Of a stretch of 62,369 nucleotides of DNA, positions 1 to 11,000 are shown in pieces. The translations under genes and the position numbers were made by a program. Source of the stretch: a virus (taxonomy: Duplodnaviria > Caudoviricetes); IMG/VR virus record IMGVR_UViG_3300033076_000313, positions 1 through 62,369 of that record; one strand, written 5' to 3'. Under the pieces are notes generated by a model that did not search any database, was not told the origin of the DNA, and worked only from the letters and a program-made list of their open reading frames with translations. Numbering within the stretch: the stretch's first letter is position 1; each line of letters starts with the position of its first letter.

Positions 1-210
1 AAGCCTGAGAAGTTTGCCGTCAAGAAAGACGGTGGCGTCCGCGCTAAATCAGTACACGATACCCGTGAAGAAGCAGAGGCAGCACTGCCTGCCAAGGGGT
101 ATCACATCGAGCACCGGCCGGGCGAGCGCACACGTTGCGAATCGTTCTGCCAAGTGTCTGGCTTTTGCAAACAGCATCAAGCCTATCTTTCAACCAAGGA
201 GAAATCATGA
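1..210 (+). CDS. 3' end of a Cas4-like/PD-(D/E)XK phage exonuclease (partial)
   Basis: Frame 1 is open from the window edge to TGA at 208-210: ...HRPGERTRCESFCQVSGFCKQHQAYLSTKEKS*. The C-terminal three-Cys cluster is typical of Fe-S Cas4-like phage nucleases. It lies in an operon with ERF/SSB, and its stop overlaps the next ATG (ATGA). Confidence 0.55.
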   Translation, partial: KPEKFAVKKDGGVRAKSVHDTREEAEAALPAKGYHIEHRPGERTRCESFCQVSGFCKQHQAYLSTKEKS

Positions 211-1151
211 TCGTCTTAACCATCCTACTGTCCTTCATTGGTGCAGTTGCCTATGCTTATGCAGCATATCGAAATAAAGCCGAAGACTACGCTCGCTGGC
301 GTAATGCTGTTGACCGCTATGGCGAAGAGAATGCCTTGCGCGCTGGCTATGACAAAGTTGCCCAGCCACCTTTTGAGCTAAAGAAGCCACTCTTCATCGC
401 TACTACTGTATCGGCTGCCGTCTCCGTGCTTGGCTGCATCACTGTGGTACCAGCAGGTCACATTGGCGTGGTCGTCACATTCGGTGAAGTGCACCAAGAA
501 ACATTGTCTGAAGGTCCACATTTGGTGAACCCATTCTCCAGCATCAAAGAGGTTGATGTGCGTTTGATTACAGCGCAACTCAAAGGCTCCAGCGCTGGCA
601 CCAAAGACCTGCAACAAGTGCACACCGACATCGTGTTGAACTACCGATTGGACGGCGCAAAGGTTGGCCACATCTACAAAGAGTTTGGCTTGAACTTGGA
701 AGACCGCATCGTGTTGCCAGCCCTGAACGAATCGTTCAAGTCTGTGACAGCACACTACTCCAGCGAAGAGCTCATCACCAAGCGCGACGAAGTGTCAGCC
801 AAGATCAAAGAAGAGATTGGCATGAAGCTGGCCAAGTACAACGTGTCTGTTGGCGACATCTCTCTGGTGAACTTTGGCTTCAGCGCAGAGTACCAAAAGG
901 CCATTGAAGCTAAGGTAATTGCAACGCAAAGCAAACTGCAAGCCGAGCAAGACCTAGCCCGTATCGAAGTGGAAGCCAAGCAAGCCGTAGCCAAAGCTGA
1001 AGGCCGCGCAAAGGCAATCCAGATCGAAACCGCAGCGATCAACAGCCAAGGCGGCGCATCCTATGTGCAGCTCAAGGCCATTGAGAAATGGGACGGCAAG
1101 CTCCCAACAACACAAGCCGGTGGCGCAACACCATTCATCAACCTCAAATAA
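207..1151 (+). CDS. SPFH/prohibitin (band 7) family membrane protein
   Basis: AGGAG RBS before ATG 207, N-terminal TM segments, VVPAGHIGVVVTFG and EGPHLVNPF, coiled-coil AIEAKVIA..AEGRAKAI, C-terminal KWDGKLP. Confidence 0.9.
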   Translation: MIVLTILLSFIGAVAYAYAAYRNKAEDYARWRNAVDRYGEENALRAGYDKVAQPPFELKKPLFIATTVSAAVSVLGCITVVPAGHIGVVVTFGEVHQETLSEGPHLVNPFSSIKEVDVRLITAQLKGSSAGTKDLQQVHTDIVLNYRLDGAKVGHIYKEFGLNLEDRIVLPALNESFKSVTAHYSSEELITKRDEVSAKIKEEIGMKLAKYNVSVGDISLVNFGFSAEYQKAIEAKVIATQSKLQAEQDLARIEVEAKQAVAKAEGRAKAIQIETAAINSQGGASYVQLKAIEKWDGKLPTTQAGGATPFINLK

Positions 1152-1160
1152 GGAAAACTC

Positions 1161-1379
1161 ATGTCAACAACTCGCATTTACATCGTCGGCTCTAGCGACC
1201 CTGTATTCCCCATCCGTCTGGTCAAAGCCAGCATCCGTCAACAAGCTTTGTCTCACGTTGCGCAGTCACTGTTCACCGTGCGCGTAGCCAGCCAAGACGA
1301 TCTCGTCAATGCCTTGGGCAAAGGCATCAAGATCGAGAATGCCCGTGACGCAGATCAAACAGAAATCCCAATGGAGTAA
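1161..1379 (+). CDS. hypothetical protein
   Basis: AAGGA RBS; in operon. Confidence 0.75.
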   Translation: MSTTRIYIVGSSDPVFPIRLVKASIRQQALSHVAQSLFTVRVASQDDLVNALGKGIKIENARDADQTEIPME

Positions 1380-1382
1380 AAC

Positions 1383-1550
1383 ATGGAAGACCTCATCGCA
1401 CCCGGCCTCATTCTTTGGGTTGTTTTGGCGTGGCTCACCCATGTGATCGCCTGCATCAAGACAGCATCTTGGGCGCTGCTCATCATCGGCAGCATCGTAT
1501 TTCCAATCGCTTGGGTTCACGGCACTGGCTTGTGGATCGGATTGTTCTAA
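1383..1550 (+). CDS. small membrane protein (55 aa; not in ORF track)
   Basis: GGAG RBS; MEDLIAPGLILWVVLAWLTHVIACIKTASWALLIIGSIVFPIAWVHGTGLWIGLF*; fills the gap between neighbouring genes. Confidence 0.75.
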   Translation: MEDLIAPGLILWVVLAWLTHVIACIKTASWALLIIGSIVFPIAWVHGTGLWIGLF

Positions 1551-1559
1551 GGATCAACC

Positions 1560-1913
1560 ATGAGCAACATCAAACAACAAACACTGAAGCGCGCACTGAC
1601 CATGCTGGATGCAATCGGTGCAACATACGCCGTCATCGAAGAAAACGGCACAAAGCACGGCACCCTTGAGGTGTCAGACAAGAAAGCCAAAGCAGTACGC
1701 AAGTACAAGCATGGCGAGCTCAGCAGTTATGTCAAATCTTTCCTTGAGAACGTGAAGGTTGGACAAGTTGTTGAAGTGCCTGTTGGCGTCTATTCAATCG
1801 AAGACCTCCGAAGCTCCGTCGTATCTTGGGCCTGCTACTACTGGGGCAAAGGCACCATCACCACAGCATCAAACAAAGAAAAACAAATCGTAGAAGCTCT
1901 ACGTCTCTCATAA
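1560..1913 (+). CDS. hypothetical protein
   Basis: AAGGA RBS; operon context. Confidence 0.75.
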   Translation: MSNIKQQTLKRALTMLDAIGATYAVIEENGTKHGTLEVSDKKAKAVRKYKHGELSSYVKSFLENVKVGQVVEVPVGVYSIEDLRSSVVSWACYYWGKGTITTASNKEKQIVEALRLS

Positions 1914-1922
1914 GGAACCATC

Positions 1923-2225
1923 ATGAACTACAAACTTGAAATCGAATCAGTAGACTTTGAATTTATCAAGGCAGCGCTCAAGCTCCGCACTCACGCAATC
2001 TTGGAAGACTTGGATATGCAAGTTAACGCGCAAATCATTCAGGCATCAACGCCAATTTCAGCAGAGGCATTCGGCCCATGCTCATTTGAATCTGCTCCAG
2101 TGAAAGCTGAAGGCCAGCCCGTCTCTTACACCGTCAACGTCGAGAAAAAGAAAAAGCCTCACTGGACTCAAACGCCCCGTGGAAAAAAGATAATGGCAGC
2201 CCGTAAACGCAAAGGCACAAAATGA
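1923..2225 (+). CDS. hypothetical protein with basic C-terminus
   Basis: AAGGA RBS; ATGA overlap with erf. Confidence 0.7.
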   Translation: MNYKLEIESVDFEFIKAALKLRTHAILEDLDMQVNAQIIQASTPISAEAFGPCSFESAPVKAEGQPVSYTVNVEKKKKPHWTQTPRGKKIMAARKRKGTK

Positions 2226-2938
2226 CAGTCCACTCAAAACTCATGGCGGCTCGCATCCAGCTGCAAGACACGCCTCTGAAAAAGACAGGCCACAACAAGT
2301 TTGCTGGCTACCACTACTTTGAATTGGGCGACTTCTTGCCCACCATCCAGAAAATCTTCCATGATCTGAACCTGTGCGGCGTTGTGTCCTATGAGCAAGA
2401 CATCGCCAAGCTGTGCATCACAGACATGGAAGACAACTCTGTCATCGTCATCACATCGCCAATGTCTACGGCCGCATTGAAGGGCTGCCACGAGGTCCAG
2501 AATCTGGGCGCAGTGCAGACTTACATTCGCCGTTACCTCTGGGTCACAGCCCTTGAGATCGTTGAGAACGACGTGCTTGATGCCACTACTGGTTCTGTTG
2601 AGCCTGCCAAGGCAAAGCCTGCACCAGCTCCAAAGCCAGCAGCCAAGCCCGCACCTGAGCCAACAGGCGCAGCGCCAGCAAAGATGGAAGGCCGTGAAGG
2701 CGAATGGCAATTGAAGGTCTCAGCCAAACCTGACACCGACATCGCCGTGTGGGCCGGTCTGGTTGACGACGCTACCACCATCATGCTGGAAGTCGTTAAA
2801 AACAAAGACGATGTGATGAACATCTTCAAAGCCAACCGCAACATCTATGACACGCTGAAGATCGAAGCCGAAGCCACATACAAAGTGGTGATGGACAAGT
2901 TCACAGCAGCAAAGAAATCTTTTGAAGGAACCGAATAA
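2222..2938 (+). CDS. erf: ERF-family single-strand annealing recombinase
   Basis: N-terminal KKTGHNKFAGYHYFELGDFLP and ERF signature-like QNLGAVQTYIRRYLW, followed by a Pro/Ala linker. Confidence 0.85.
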   Translation: MTVHSKLMAARIQLQDTPLKKTGHNKFAGYHYFELGDFLPTIQKIFHDLNLCGVVSYEQDIAKLCITDMEDNSVIVITSPMSTAALKGCHEVQNLGAVQTYIRRYLWVTALEIVENDVLDATTGSVEPAKAKPAPAPKPAAKPAPEPTGAAPAKMEGREGEWQLKVSAKPDTDIAVWAGLVDDATTIMLEVVKNKDDVMNIFKANRNIYDTLKIEAEATYKVVMDKFTAAKKSFEGTE

Positions 2939-3237
2939 TGGCAACGCAATACCCCAACAGCGGCAAGCTGTCCACCAACAAGTACAAAGAGGCCGGCGAT
3001 AAAAAGCCAGACATGCACGGTGAAATCACCATGACGCGCACAGCTCTGAAAGGTTTGCTGGAAGAGACTGACGCAGACGACGTGGTCATCAAGCTGTCGG
3101 CTTGGCACATGGAAGGCAGCTACGGCCCATGGATGCGCCTCGCTTGGAACAACTACAAGCCAAAGCCACAAGAGCAGCAGGCTCCACAGCAGCGTGCACA
3201 AGAGCCCGACGGCATGGATGATGACATTCCCTTCTGA
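2938..3237 (+). CDS. single-stranded DNA-binding protein-like
   Basis: Follows erf; Q/P linker and acidic tail MDDDIPF typical of SSBs. Confidence 0.7.
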   Translation: MATQYPNSGKLSTNKYKEAGDKKPDMHGEITMTRTALKGLLEETDADDVVIKLSAWHMEGSYGPWMRLAWNNYKPKPQEQQAPQQRAQEPDGMDDDIPF

Positions 3238-3239
3238 CC

Positions 3240-3662
3240 ATGGAAACCATCCAGTTTGAAGGGCGCAAGATCGCCATGAAACAGGACAGGACGGGGTATG
3301 TGCTTACCCTGTCCGTGCACCCCGACGAGATACCCGAGATGCTCGTGCGTGATTTCGTTGGGGCGCGTTACCAAGTCGTCATGGTTCGACTGAGTGACGA
3401 CGGTAAAGCCATGGTTCGTGAGCAAGAGTACCCGTCAAAAGACCTTGTTCGTTTGGCTGGTGTCATGTGCCGCGATCCCCTGTTCCACGCCTTCTTGGCA
3501 GAGACAGGCCAGATATTTGAAGAGAGCGAAGCAACAGCAATCGAGTGGTTGCGTGAAGAGATTGGCATCCAGTCTCGCGCTGAGCTAAAGACAAACCAAA
3601 CCGCAGCCTCGCGCTTCCGGTTTATCCATCAGGAGTTCCAAGCATGGAAAGCAACACGTTGA
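3240..3662 (+). CDS. hypothetical protein
   Basis: Contiguous ORF; IGIQSRAELKTNQTAA motif resembles conserved phage hypothetical proteins. Confidence 0.75.
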   Translation: METIQFEGRKIAMKQDRTGYVLTLSVHPDEIPEMLVRDFVGARYQVVMVRLSDDGKAMVREQEYPSKDLVRLAGVMCRDPLFHAFLAETGQIFEESEATAIEWLREEIGIQSRAELKTNQTAASRFRFIHQEFQAWKATR

Positions 3663-3964
3663 TCCCGTACTCAGTACACCTGAGACGAGACATCCATGCC
3701 AAAGTAAAGGCAGCAGCTGGTGAACGCAAGGCCGCTGGTCTAGTGCGCGATGCCATCACATCATTCATTGAGGGTGGTGCACTGTACGACAACGGCTACA
3801 AGGCTGGTTTGATTGACGCCATCACAGCCATCAGCAACGACGATGCAGCCAACAACATTGCATATAAAGGCAAAACCGTGGCAGTCGGCTTAGTGGGCAA
3901 GCTGCAAGACATGATCCCTCAACAACCGAAAGCAAAGCATGGCAACAAAAAGACAAGTCGCTGA
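3644..3964 (+). CDS. putative ribbon-helix-helix-like DNA-binding protein
   Basis: N-terminal PYSVHLRRDIHAKVK...GLVRDAITSFI resembles an RHH pattern. Confidence 0.45.
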   Translation: MESNTLIPYSVHLRRDIHAKVKAAAGERKAAGLVRDAITSFIEGGALYDNGYKAGLIDAITAISNDDAANNIAYKGKTVAVGLVGKLQDMIPQQPKAKHGNKKTSR

Positions 3965-4127
3965 AGGTATAGACCTTCTCAAGCCAAAGACAAAGCCCAT
4001 GCCGGTTGACGACCTGACCGCACAGGACTTGATGGCCATGGCATTTGCTCTGGCCGGTTCATCAGTGAAAGAAGCCTACGACATGGCAGACGCCATGGTT
4101 ACAGAAAGCAGGAAACGCTATGACTAA
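3939..4127 (+). CDS. hypothetical protein
   Basis: Overlapping operon gene; ends AYDMADAMV. Confidence 0.65.
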   Translation: MATKRQVAEGIDLLKPKTKPMPVDDLTAQDLMAMAFALAGSSVKEAYDMADAMVTESRKRYD

Positions 4128-4335
4128 TCCACGCGACGAAGACTTGTTGATTGCAGACTTGGACCAAGAGAACCGTTTGATGCGCGCGCGTAACGAACGG
4201 CTTGAACAAGAGCTGGCACAGTCAAGAAACAAAACAATCGAAGAGGTGGCTAGGGCGATTGAACAGTTCACCTTTGCCTTTGGTGTTGACACTGTTGATA
4301 GCTTTGCCTCGTTTGTACGCGGCCTGAAAGACTGA
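4120..4335 (+). CDS. hypothetical coiled-coil protein
   Basis: AGGA RBS; ENRLMRARNERLEQEL. Confidence 0.7.
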   Translation: MTNPRDEDLLIADLDQENRLMRARNERLEQELAQSRNKTIEEVARAIEQFTFAFGVDTVDSFASFVRGLKD

Positions 4336-4336
4336 C

Positions 4337-4771
4337 GTGTACAAGGACAAACGCTACGGCAGGATTCAAAAAAATGGAGACACTATTCCGTATGGCACCC
4401 TTGCAAACGCCAGCAAGGAACTACGCATGGCGTACTACCATTTTGGGTATAGAAATGATGACGACATGCCGCCTATCCGGCAGCCGCCTCCTGATTTTGA
4501 CGAGCCGTACATTTGTCCAGAAGAAGATCTTTTCAAAAAAGAACTAGCTCAAATAATCAATGATGTTTTGAACACCATTCCAATAAGGGAAGCAAACATA
4601 CTGCGCCTAAGACATGGGCTTTCATCAAATCGCGAAATGTCGTTTAAAGAAATTGGCGAAGTATTCGATGTAGATGGAGCTTGGATTCGACAGATCGAAG
4701 CAAGAGCAATGAGAAGACTTAAACACCCGTATCGCTATGAGGTGCTTACTGCATTATTTGAACCAATCTAA
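4337..4771 (+). CDS. sigma-70 region 4 (HTH) domain protein
   Basis: C-terminal LNTIPIREANILRLRHGL...MSFKEIGEVFDVDGAWIRQIEARAMRRLKHP closely follows RpoD region 4; regions 2/3 are absent. Confidence 0.8.
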   Translation: MYKDKRYGRIQKNGDTIPYGTLANASKELRMAYYHFGYRNDDDMPPIRQPPPDFDEPYICPEEDLFKKELAQIINDVLNTIPIREANILRLRHGLSSNREMSFKEIGEVFDVDGAWIRQIEARAMRRLKHPYRYEVLTALFEPI

Positions 4772-4780
4772 AGAACAAAC

Positions 4781-5041
4781 ATGAACAACAAGCCAACACC
4801 CAAAGAACGCTATCACCTGAGCCGCGTTAAAGAGTTGCCCTGCTCCATCTGCGATGCGCCCGGACCCAGTGACGCCCACCACATAAAGCAGCACAGGCAG
4901 TACACCTGTGTAGCTCTATGCAAAGACTGCCATCAAGGTTCTATCAACGGCTGGCACGGCCAAAAGCGCATGTGGAACCTAGCCAAGATGGACGAGATGG
5001 ACGCCCTCAATGTCACACTCAAGCGACTGATTGAAGGCTAA
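4781..5041 (+). CDS. small Zn-binding HNH-like (Ref/DUF968-like) nuclease
   Basis: PCSIC...DAHH...VALCKDCH motif. Confidence 0.65.
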   Translation: MNNKPTPKERYHLSRVKELPCSICDAPGPSDAHHIKQHRQYTCVALCKDCHQGSINGWHGQKRMWNLAKMDEMDALNVTLKRLIEG

Positions 5042-5056
5042 TACTTTCTTCTAGGC

Positions 5057-5077
5057 GAACCCGAACGGTTCGGGTTC
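5057..5077. repeat. 21-bp palindrome GAACCCGAAC-G-GTTCGGGTTC, copy 1
   Basis: Perfect 10-1-10 inverted repeat between convergent operons; identical copy at 31802-31822, variants at 44851 and 53863. Confidence 0.9.
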
Positions 5078-5079
5078 CC

Positions 5080-8000
5080 TTAGATTTTCCCCAGCTGGCG
5101 CAGTGCTTTCACATCCACGCCTTTGAGCATCTCGTTCTCAGCCTCACGCAGCATCTTGAGCTGCTCGCGCTTTTCGTCGGCCGGCATGTTGGAGTTACTG
5201 ATCTGTGTGACAGCCTTGCGGATGTTGGACAGCTTCTCACCAATCGCGTTGACAGACTTCTGTAAGCCAAGGCGAGACAGGTTTTCTTCCTTGGCCAAGA
5301 ACCCTTCGATCTCGTATGGGCTGCGAGTCTTCAGGTCGTTCATGGTGTTGGCGGCCTTGTCAACCTCTTCCTTGAGTGTGTAGAAGTCTTTCTTCAAGGC
5401 GGACTCATACGACTTGGTCATGAAACCGCTCATGCCGGGCAACGCAGCAATTGCATCTCGCTCGCTCAGTGATGGGCGTGGAGAGTTTGGATCGCTGTGC
5501 AGCATCGGGTTGGTCGCGTACAACACCAGACCACCAACAGAACCAAACATGCCACGAATGATGTGGTCGATGGCAATTGGTGATGCCATGCCTGTGCTGC
5601 CAAGAATCTTGGCCATCTCAGATGTGCTGTCTGTGAACTGACGCTCGGTCTCCAACTTCTGCTGGTACGTGCCGATCAGCGGACGGCCTTGGAAGAAGTC
5701 GTAGTTGATGCCGACTTCCACCAATGGCTTGATGGCTTGAGGCACAACCGTCGGGCTCAGCAAGGCAGAACCCAGCGCGGCATTCATGGAGTCGCGGAAC
5801 TTGCGGCCATCCTCATACCCTTTGTCGGTCATCAACAAGTACATATGCTCAGTGATGATCTTGGGCATGGTGAACAGGTCAGCACGCAACGGAATACTGA
5901 AGCCTCCAGTGCCGGGCACCATCAACAGACGGTCACGCTGGGTAGCAGGCTTCTTCAGATAGTCGTCATCATCGCCGTTCATCATGGCATAGAGCAACGA
6001 AAGCACCATGACCGAGGCCGTGGTAGCAGCCAGAGTTTTGAACGCTTCCTGACGCTCTGTAGGCGAGATGCCTCGGCCTGTAATTGTTTTGTAAGCCACG
6101 TTCTGGGCGGCAAGGTACGCACTGAAGAACGGGATCATTTGTCCAGCCAGAGCCAGCGACTTGCTACTTCCCTTGCGACGGATGTTGAACACCTCAAACG
6201 ACTTCTCCATCGCCTCAGCCTCGCTCAAGCCTTGGGCAATCGAAGCCTCATAGACAGCCTGACGCACAGCATTGTCAGCAGACATGGCGATATGGTTTAG
6301 GCTGTGCTTGATTTTGCCAAGCACGCCGGGAGGAGCTTTCAAGCCTGCATAGATTTCAGTATCCATGCGCACCATGGCAGCAGTGAAGTCACGCACACCA
6401 ACAGCGCCAACGTTCTTGAGAATGTCATGCGTCTTACTAGCTCCGCGAAGCGTTTGCACAAACTCTTTAACTGCCAGCACAGGAATGCGCAGGGCAAACT
6501 GTGGCTTCAGGCCAGAAGAGAACATGGCAGCAAACGAGTCCTGCGGCACCTGAGCAACAGAGAACATTGGGTACATCACCACGGATTGACGCAGCATGTT
6601 GGCGATGCTTGATGCCCACTTCCACGAAGGAATCACAACAGCTTCAAGCCCTTTGAAGGCGTCCATGAACATGGGGTCTTCCATGCTGAAGAACTCTTCT
6701 TTGCCATCACGCCACACACGCACGACGTTGGGTGCGCCCCCACGATCTTTGTCAGACACTCTTACGGCAGCACCGACCTCAACAGCTGTATCGGCCATGG
6801 CCAATGCTGAACGATTGCTTACAGCGCGACCAATGGAATACTGCAACCAACGAACTTGGTTGTCGAAGATGTCGTTCACTGGACGATCTGAGCCTTTAAG
6901 GCGATGCTCACGCGCTTGAATTTGCAAGCCGCGAATGTATTCTTTGGGGCCCTTGTTTTTCTCAAGCTGATCTTCACGGTAGAACGGGACATAGTCAGCA
7001 TTGGCCAACATTTCTTCCGCGTCTTCCTTGCTCCACACGCCGGTCTTCACAAGGGTGTCAACAGCCTCCGCACGGATTTTGTTCCATGTATCAACCAGAT
7101 CATTGAGCTCTGGGTGAATCTTGAACAACTCCATGGCCGGGCCAATCATGGCCTTTTGCTCATCAGAAACGTATTTCTTTTGATCTTGCAAGCGATTTGC
7201 TTTTTCGTACAAAGCATTTGACGCAACAGGATCAGAGTCACGCTTTGAATCCGCATCAGCTCTGATGTCTGCAATCTCTTGCTCAAGCTCAGAATTGAAT
7301 CGAAGGATGGAGCGCAGACGCTTGGCTTCAAACGCCGTGTGTGCGACCAGTTCCGCCTTCTGCTTGGTCAAGCCATTCTTGCTGGCAAGTTCATCCAACT
7401 GCTTGGACAGCTTGATGATGTTGTCTTCTTTGTCAACACCTTCCCACTTGTACAGCTTTTCATTCCAACGAAGACCGCCCTTCTGCAAGAACAACGCAGC
7501 CAAAGCATCCTTGTGATTTGTCTGGCTCAAGCTTGTATTCAACAACAAGCCGAGTCTTTCGGCATTGGTTTTACCCATTTCTTTCAAGCCGCGCATGATG
7601 CGATTGTTCAATGCAGCATCGCTTGAAAACACCTTTGTCTCCAGCCAATCAAGCCAATGTGTAGTAGCTTGACGAGCGGCTTCAGCCGTAGCTTTTGGAT
7701 TGTCGCGCGCGTTGTTCCACAGCTTATTGAGATTTTGAAGATGGTTTGGATCGGCCTCTTGATTGCCACGGCCAATCTGGCTCAAGATGTCCATTGACTG
7801 GACGCCAGCGCCAGTTGGTGTTGGCTCTTGTTCCTTCTTACCAAATGGCATCTTGACTGACTCTTCACGCAGCGTCTTCTTGCCAACCGTATAGCCGTGC
7901 TTTTTGGCTTCCGACTTAATGTCTGCGACTGGAACTTCAAGACCGCGTTCTGTTACCTCGGCCAATTGCTCAAGGGCAGATTGATATTGCGTGTCGATCT

Positions 8001-11000
8001 TCAGCAAACGACGGAACAGGCCAACCAACTTGGAGAATGCAGAGACATTCTTTTCGACCTCAACAGTCTTCAGATAGTCTTGGAAGATCATCTCTGTCAG
8101 GCCGTATGAGATCAGTTCGCTTACGTTCTGCAATTGTGGATTCGTGCGTCCAGATGCAGCCCATCTTGCATGGTTTGTCAAGAATGGATGCTTCTTACCG
8201 TTCTTGATGTCATGATTGACTTGACGGCGAATCTTCACCAGCAACGGAGTCAGCTCTTTGTAAAGCTGAGATTGATCGGCATATCCGCTTCTAACCAGAG
8301 TGCCCAACATCCAAGTCTGCGGCTGTGTCGCAGCATGCAACATCTCGTGCATGATGGTCTTGTAGTTTGAGCCAGAGTTCAGATGGCCATCTTTGGTTTT
8401 TGCATTCGCGCCATTGATCTCGACGTGAACGTGATATTTCCCACCTTTGATGCTTGCTGTGGCTGTGCCACCGGCATTGCGAGTTGTACGTGGCAAGACC
8501 TTGAAGGTCATTGGAATGCCAGAGTCTGTCATCGCTTTGATGCGAGCAGCAATCTTTTCAGCAATGTACTTGGCGACGCTGTTTGGTGCGTTATCAATCA
8601 ACCATTGGTTGGCTTGATTGATGTCCATGCCGGTGATTTCTTTTTCAACCTGCACGTCGTTCTTTGCGATGTCAAAAGCCTTTTGCTCTTCAGGCTCTTC
8701 AGCTGGCTTGTTGAACAGGTCTTCAGGTTCGGTAGGCTTCTCTTGCAGCGTCTTGAATACGTCTTCAAGAGGTAGCTGAGTCTTGTTGCCAAACATGTCT
8801 TGTTCAGCATTTGCCTGAGCAGCAGCTGTATCTGCCAGCTTGCCAAGCAACTCGCCCATGCGTTTACCAGAACGGCCGTTTTCAGCAAACATATCCAGCA
8901 CGGCGCGCGTGTTGGGGTCCATGCCGATGTCGCCTTGGTTGACGTAGTCTTTCAGCTTGATGCCTTGACGACGAGCGTTCACAGCCAGCTCGGCAGCGTC
9001 AATGATGTTCTGACGAATGTCGTACTGACCAGCGCCATCAAGCGCAGCAGCCTTCGATGCAGAACGTGCCAGAGCTTGCAAGATCAACTTGGCTTCTGGG
9101 TCTGCTGCCTGTGCGTACAGGTCGATCAAAGATGGGCTGCCATAAGCACGGTGGAAGATCGCATTGTTCAGGCGGTCAACGGCTTTGCTGTTTGGCATGC
9201 CGTTCTTGTCCATCAACTCGCCTTGCTCTTCTTTTGGCATGGCGCGCACAAACTGGATCAAAGAGTTCTTGTCGAACGATCCGTCGTCTTTGAAGTTGAT
9301 GCCATTGATGTCGAAACGGTTGCTGTCGTTGGCAGCCGTCTCAACAGGGTTCATGCGCAAGCCACCAGATACATTGGAAACATCGCCAATGTCAGGCGTC
9401 ACAAACGATTTAGGCATGACGCGGACAAGAACAGGATTCTCCATGTTCAAGATCGCACCTTGGTCAATGCCATGCTGTGTATCCATCTCCAAAGCATTGC
9501 GATAACCACCAGCTGTGTTTGCGCCGTAAGCTGCCTGTAAGCCAGCAATACGCCCGTTACCTGCCACGGCACGAATGCCCTGTTGGTTCATGTCGGCATA
9601 CGACTTGTTTGTCAGGCCATCTGCGCTATGCGATGTCATCAAGTCGCCAGCATCAACCACGGCATACTGAACTGGAATCTTACGGCCGTCTGACGCGGTG
9701 ACGACTTCCGTCTTGCCCATCTGGTTTTCTGGGATGCGGACATCGCTCATCACAACTGGAGCGCCATTGGCGAAATCGCTCGATGTCTTCAGGCGGTCAT
9801 AGTCAGGCTTGGCGCTGATGCCTTGCATTTGCTGGATGGATGCGGGCGTCGCACGATCACGGTTCTGCAAACGAGCAAACACGTCATGCGCGTCAGCAGA
9901 CAGACCCTTCTCATAGTCTTTGAGAGCGTCTTCAAATTCTTTGGCAACCTTCACTGGCTCGCCAGCAGGAGTCTCTTCTTTTGGAGGTGTACCCTCTTGT
10001 CCAACTGGCTCAGCAGGCGCAACTGGAGGAGCGGCTGGTGGCGTTACAGCTGGGACGTTTGCTTGTCCAGTAGGAGTCACTGGACCGGGCAGGATTTGTT
10101 CTGGAGCGCGACCTTGCACAGCGCCAACAGTAGCACCCATAGCACCAGCACCCAATGCAGCCAATGCGCCAGCACGGCCAACGCCTTCTGTAAGACTTTG
10201 GTCAGGATTGAACTGACGAGCAGCGACGTTCTGAGCGAACTGGCCGCCACCTTCTTCCACCATTTCACCGGGGATTTCTTTAAGTGCGCCAAGGCCAGCA
10301 CCAATAATGCGACCTGCATTGCCACGTTCACCGGCCAGTGCGCGTTCCATGGCTTGAGCGCCGGGCAGCTTGTTGGCCAACACAGAGATGGCAGCACCAG
10401 ACAAACCGGCCATGCGAGCGGCATTGATAGCTTGATCTGCGGCCTCTTCAGGTTTGGCACCCTTGGCCACCAAGTCGTCATAGATTTGCTGGTATGCACC
10501 AACGCCAACGTCTGCACCCTGTTGAACAGCTGCCGTACCAATAGAAGCAGCAGCGCCACGCGAGATGGCAGATTCTGACGCTTTCTTTACAGCCTCTCCT
10601 AAAGCACGCTCAGCGGCTTCTTTTGCGGCCACGGTGGTAGCAGACTTGGCAGCAATTTGCATTGCCTTCACTTCGGCAGCGGCCTCTGGTCCAACACCGG
10701 GGATCAGTGCAGCAAGGATAGATGGCAATGAGGCAGGAACCTGCTCAGCCAAGAACGAACCCAACTGGGCAGGATCAGTCAAAGACTCTGCAAGCTGGGT
10801 CTTGAGCGCGCCCCACTGGCCGCCTTCTTTCTCAGCCTGTTGTACCTTGGCTTGGGTTGCAGCTTCGCGTTGCTTCAGGCCGGCAGACTTGTGCTCCTGC
10901 GCCCACTCTTGCATGCCCTTGCCAATTCCTTGCAGGCCGGTGGTGCCAAAGTCTTGGTTCTTGATTGCGCCTGTGGCCAAACCAACCAGCTGACCGGGAA

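Noticed and set aside
5057-5077. Bidirectional intrinsic terminator
   Set aside because: The 1-nt loop and absence of proper U-tracts argue against it, and other copies lie within co-directional operons; kept as a DNA site instead.
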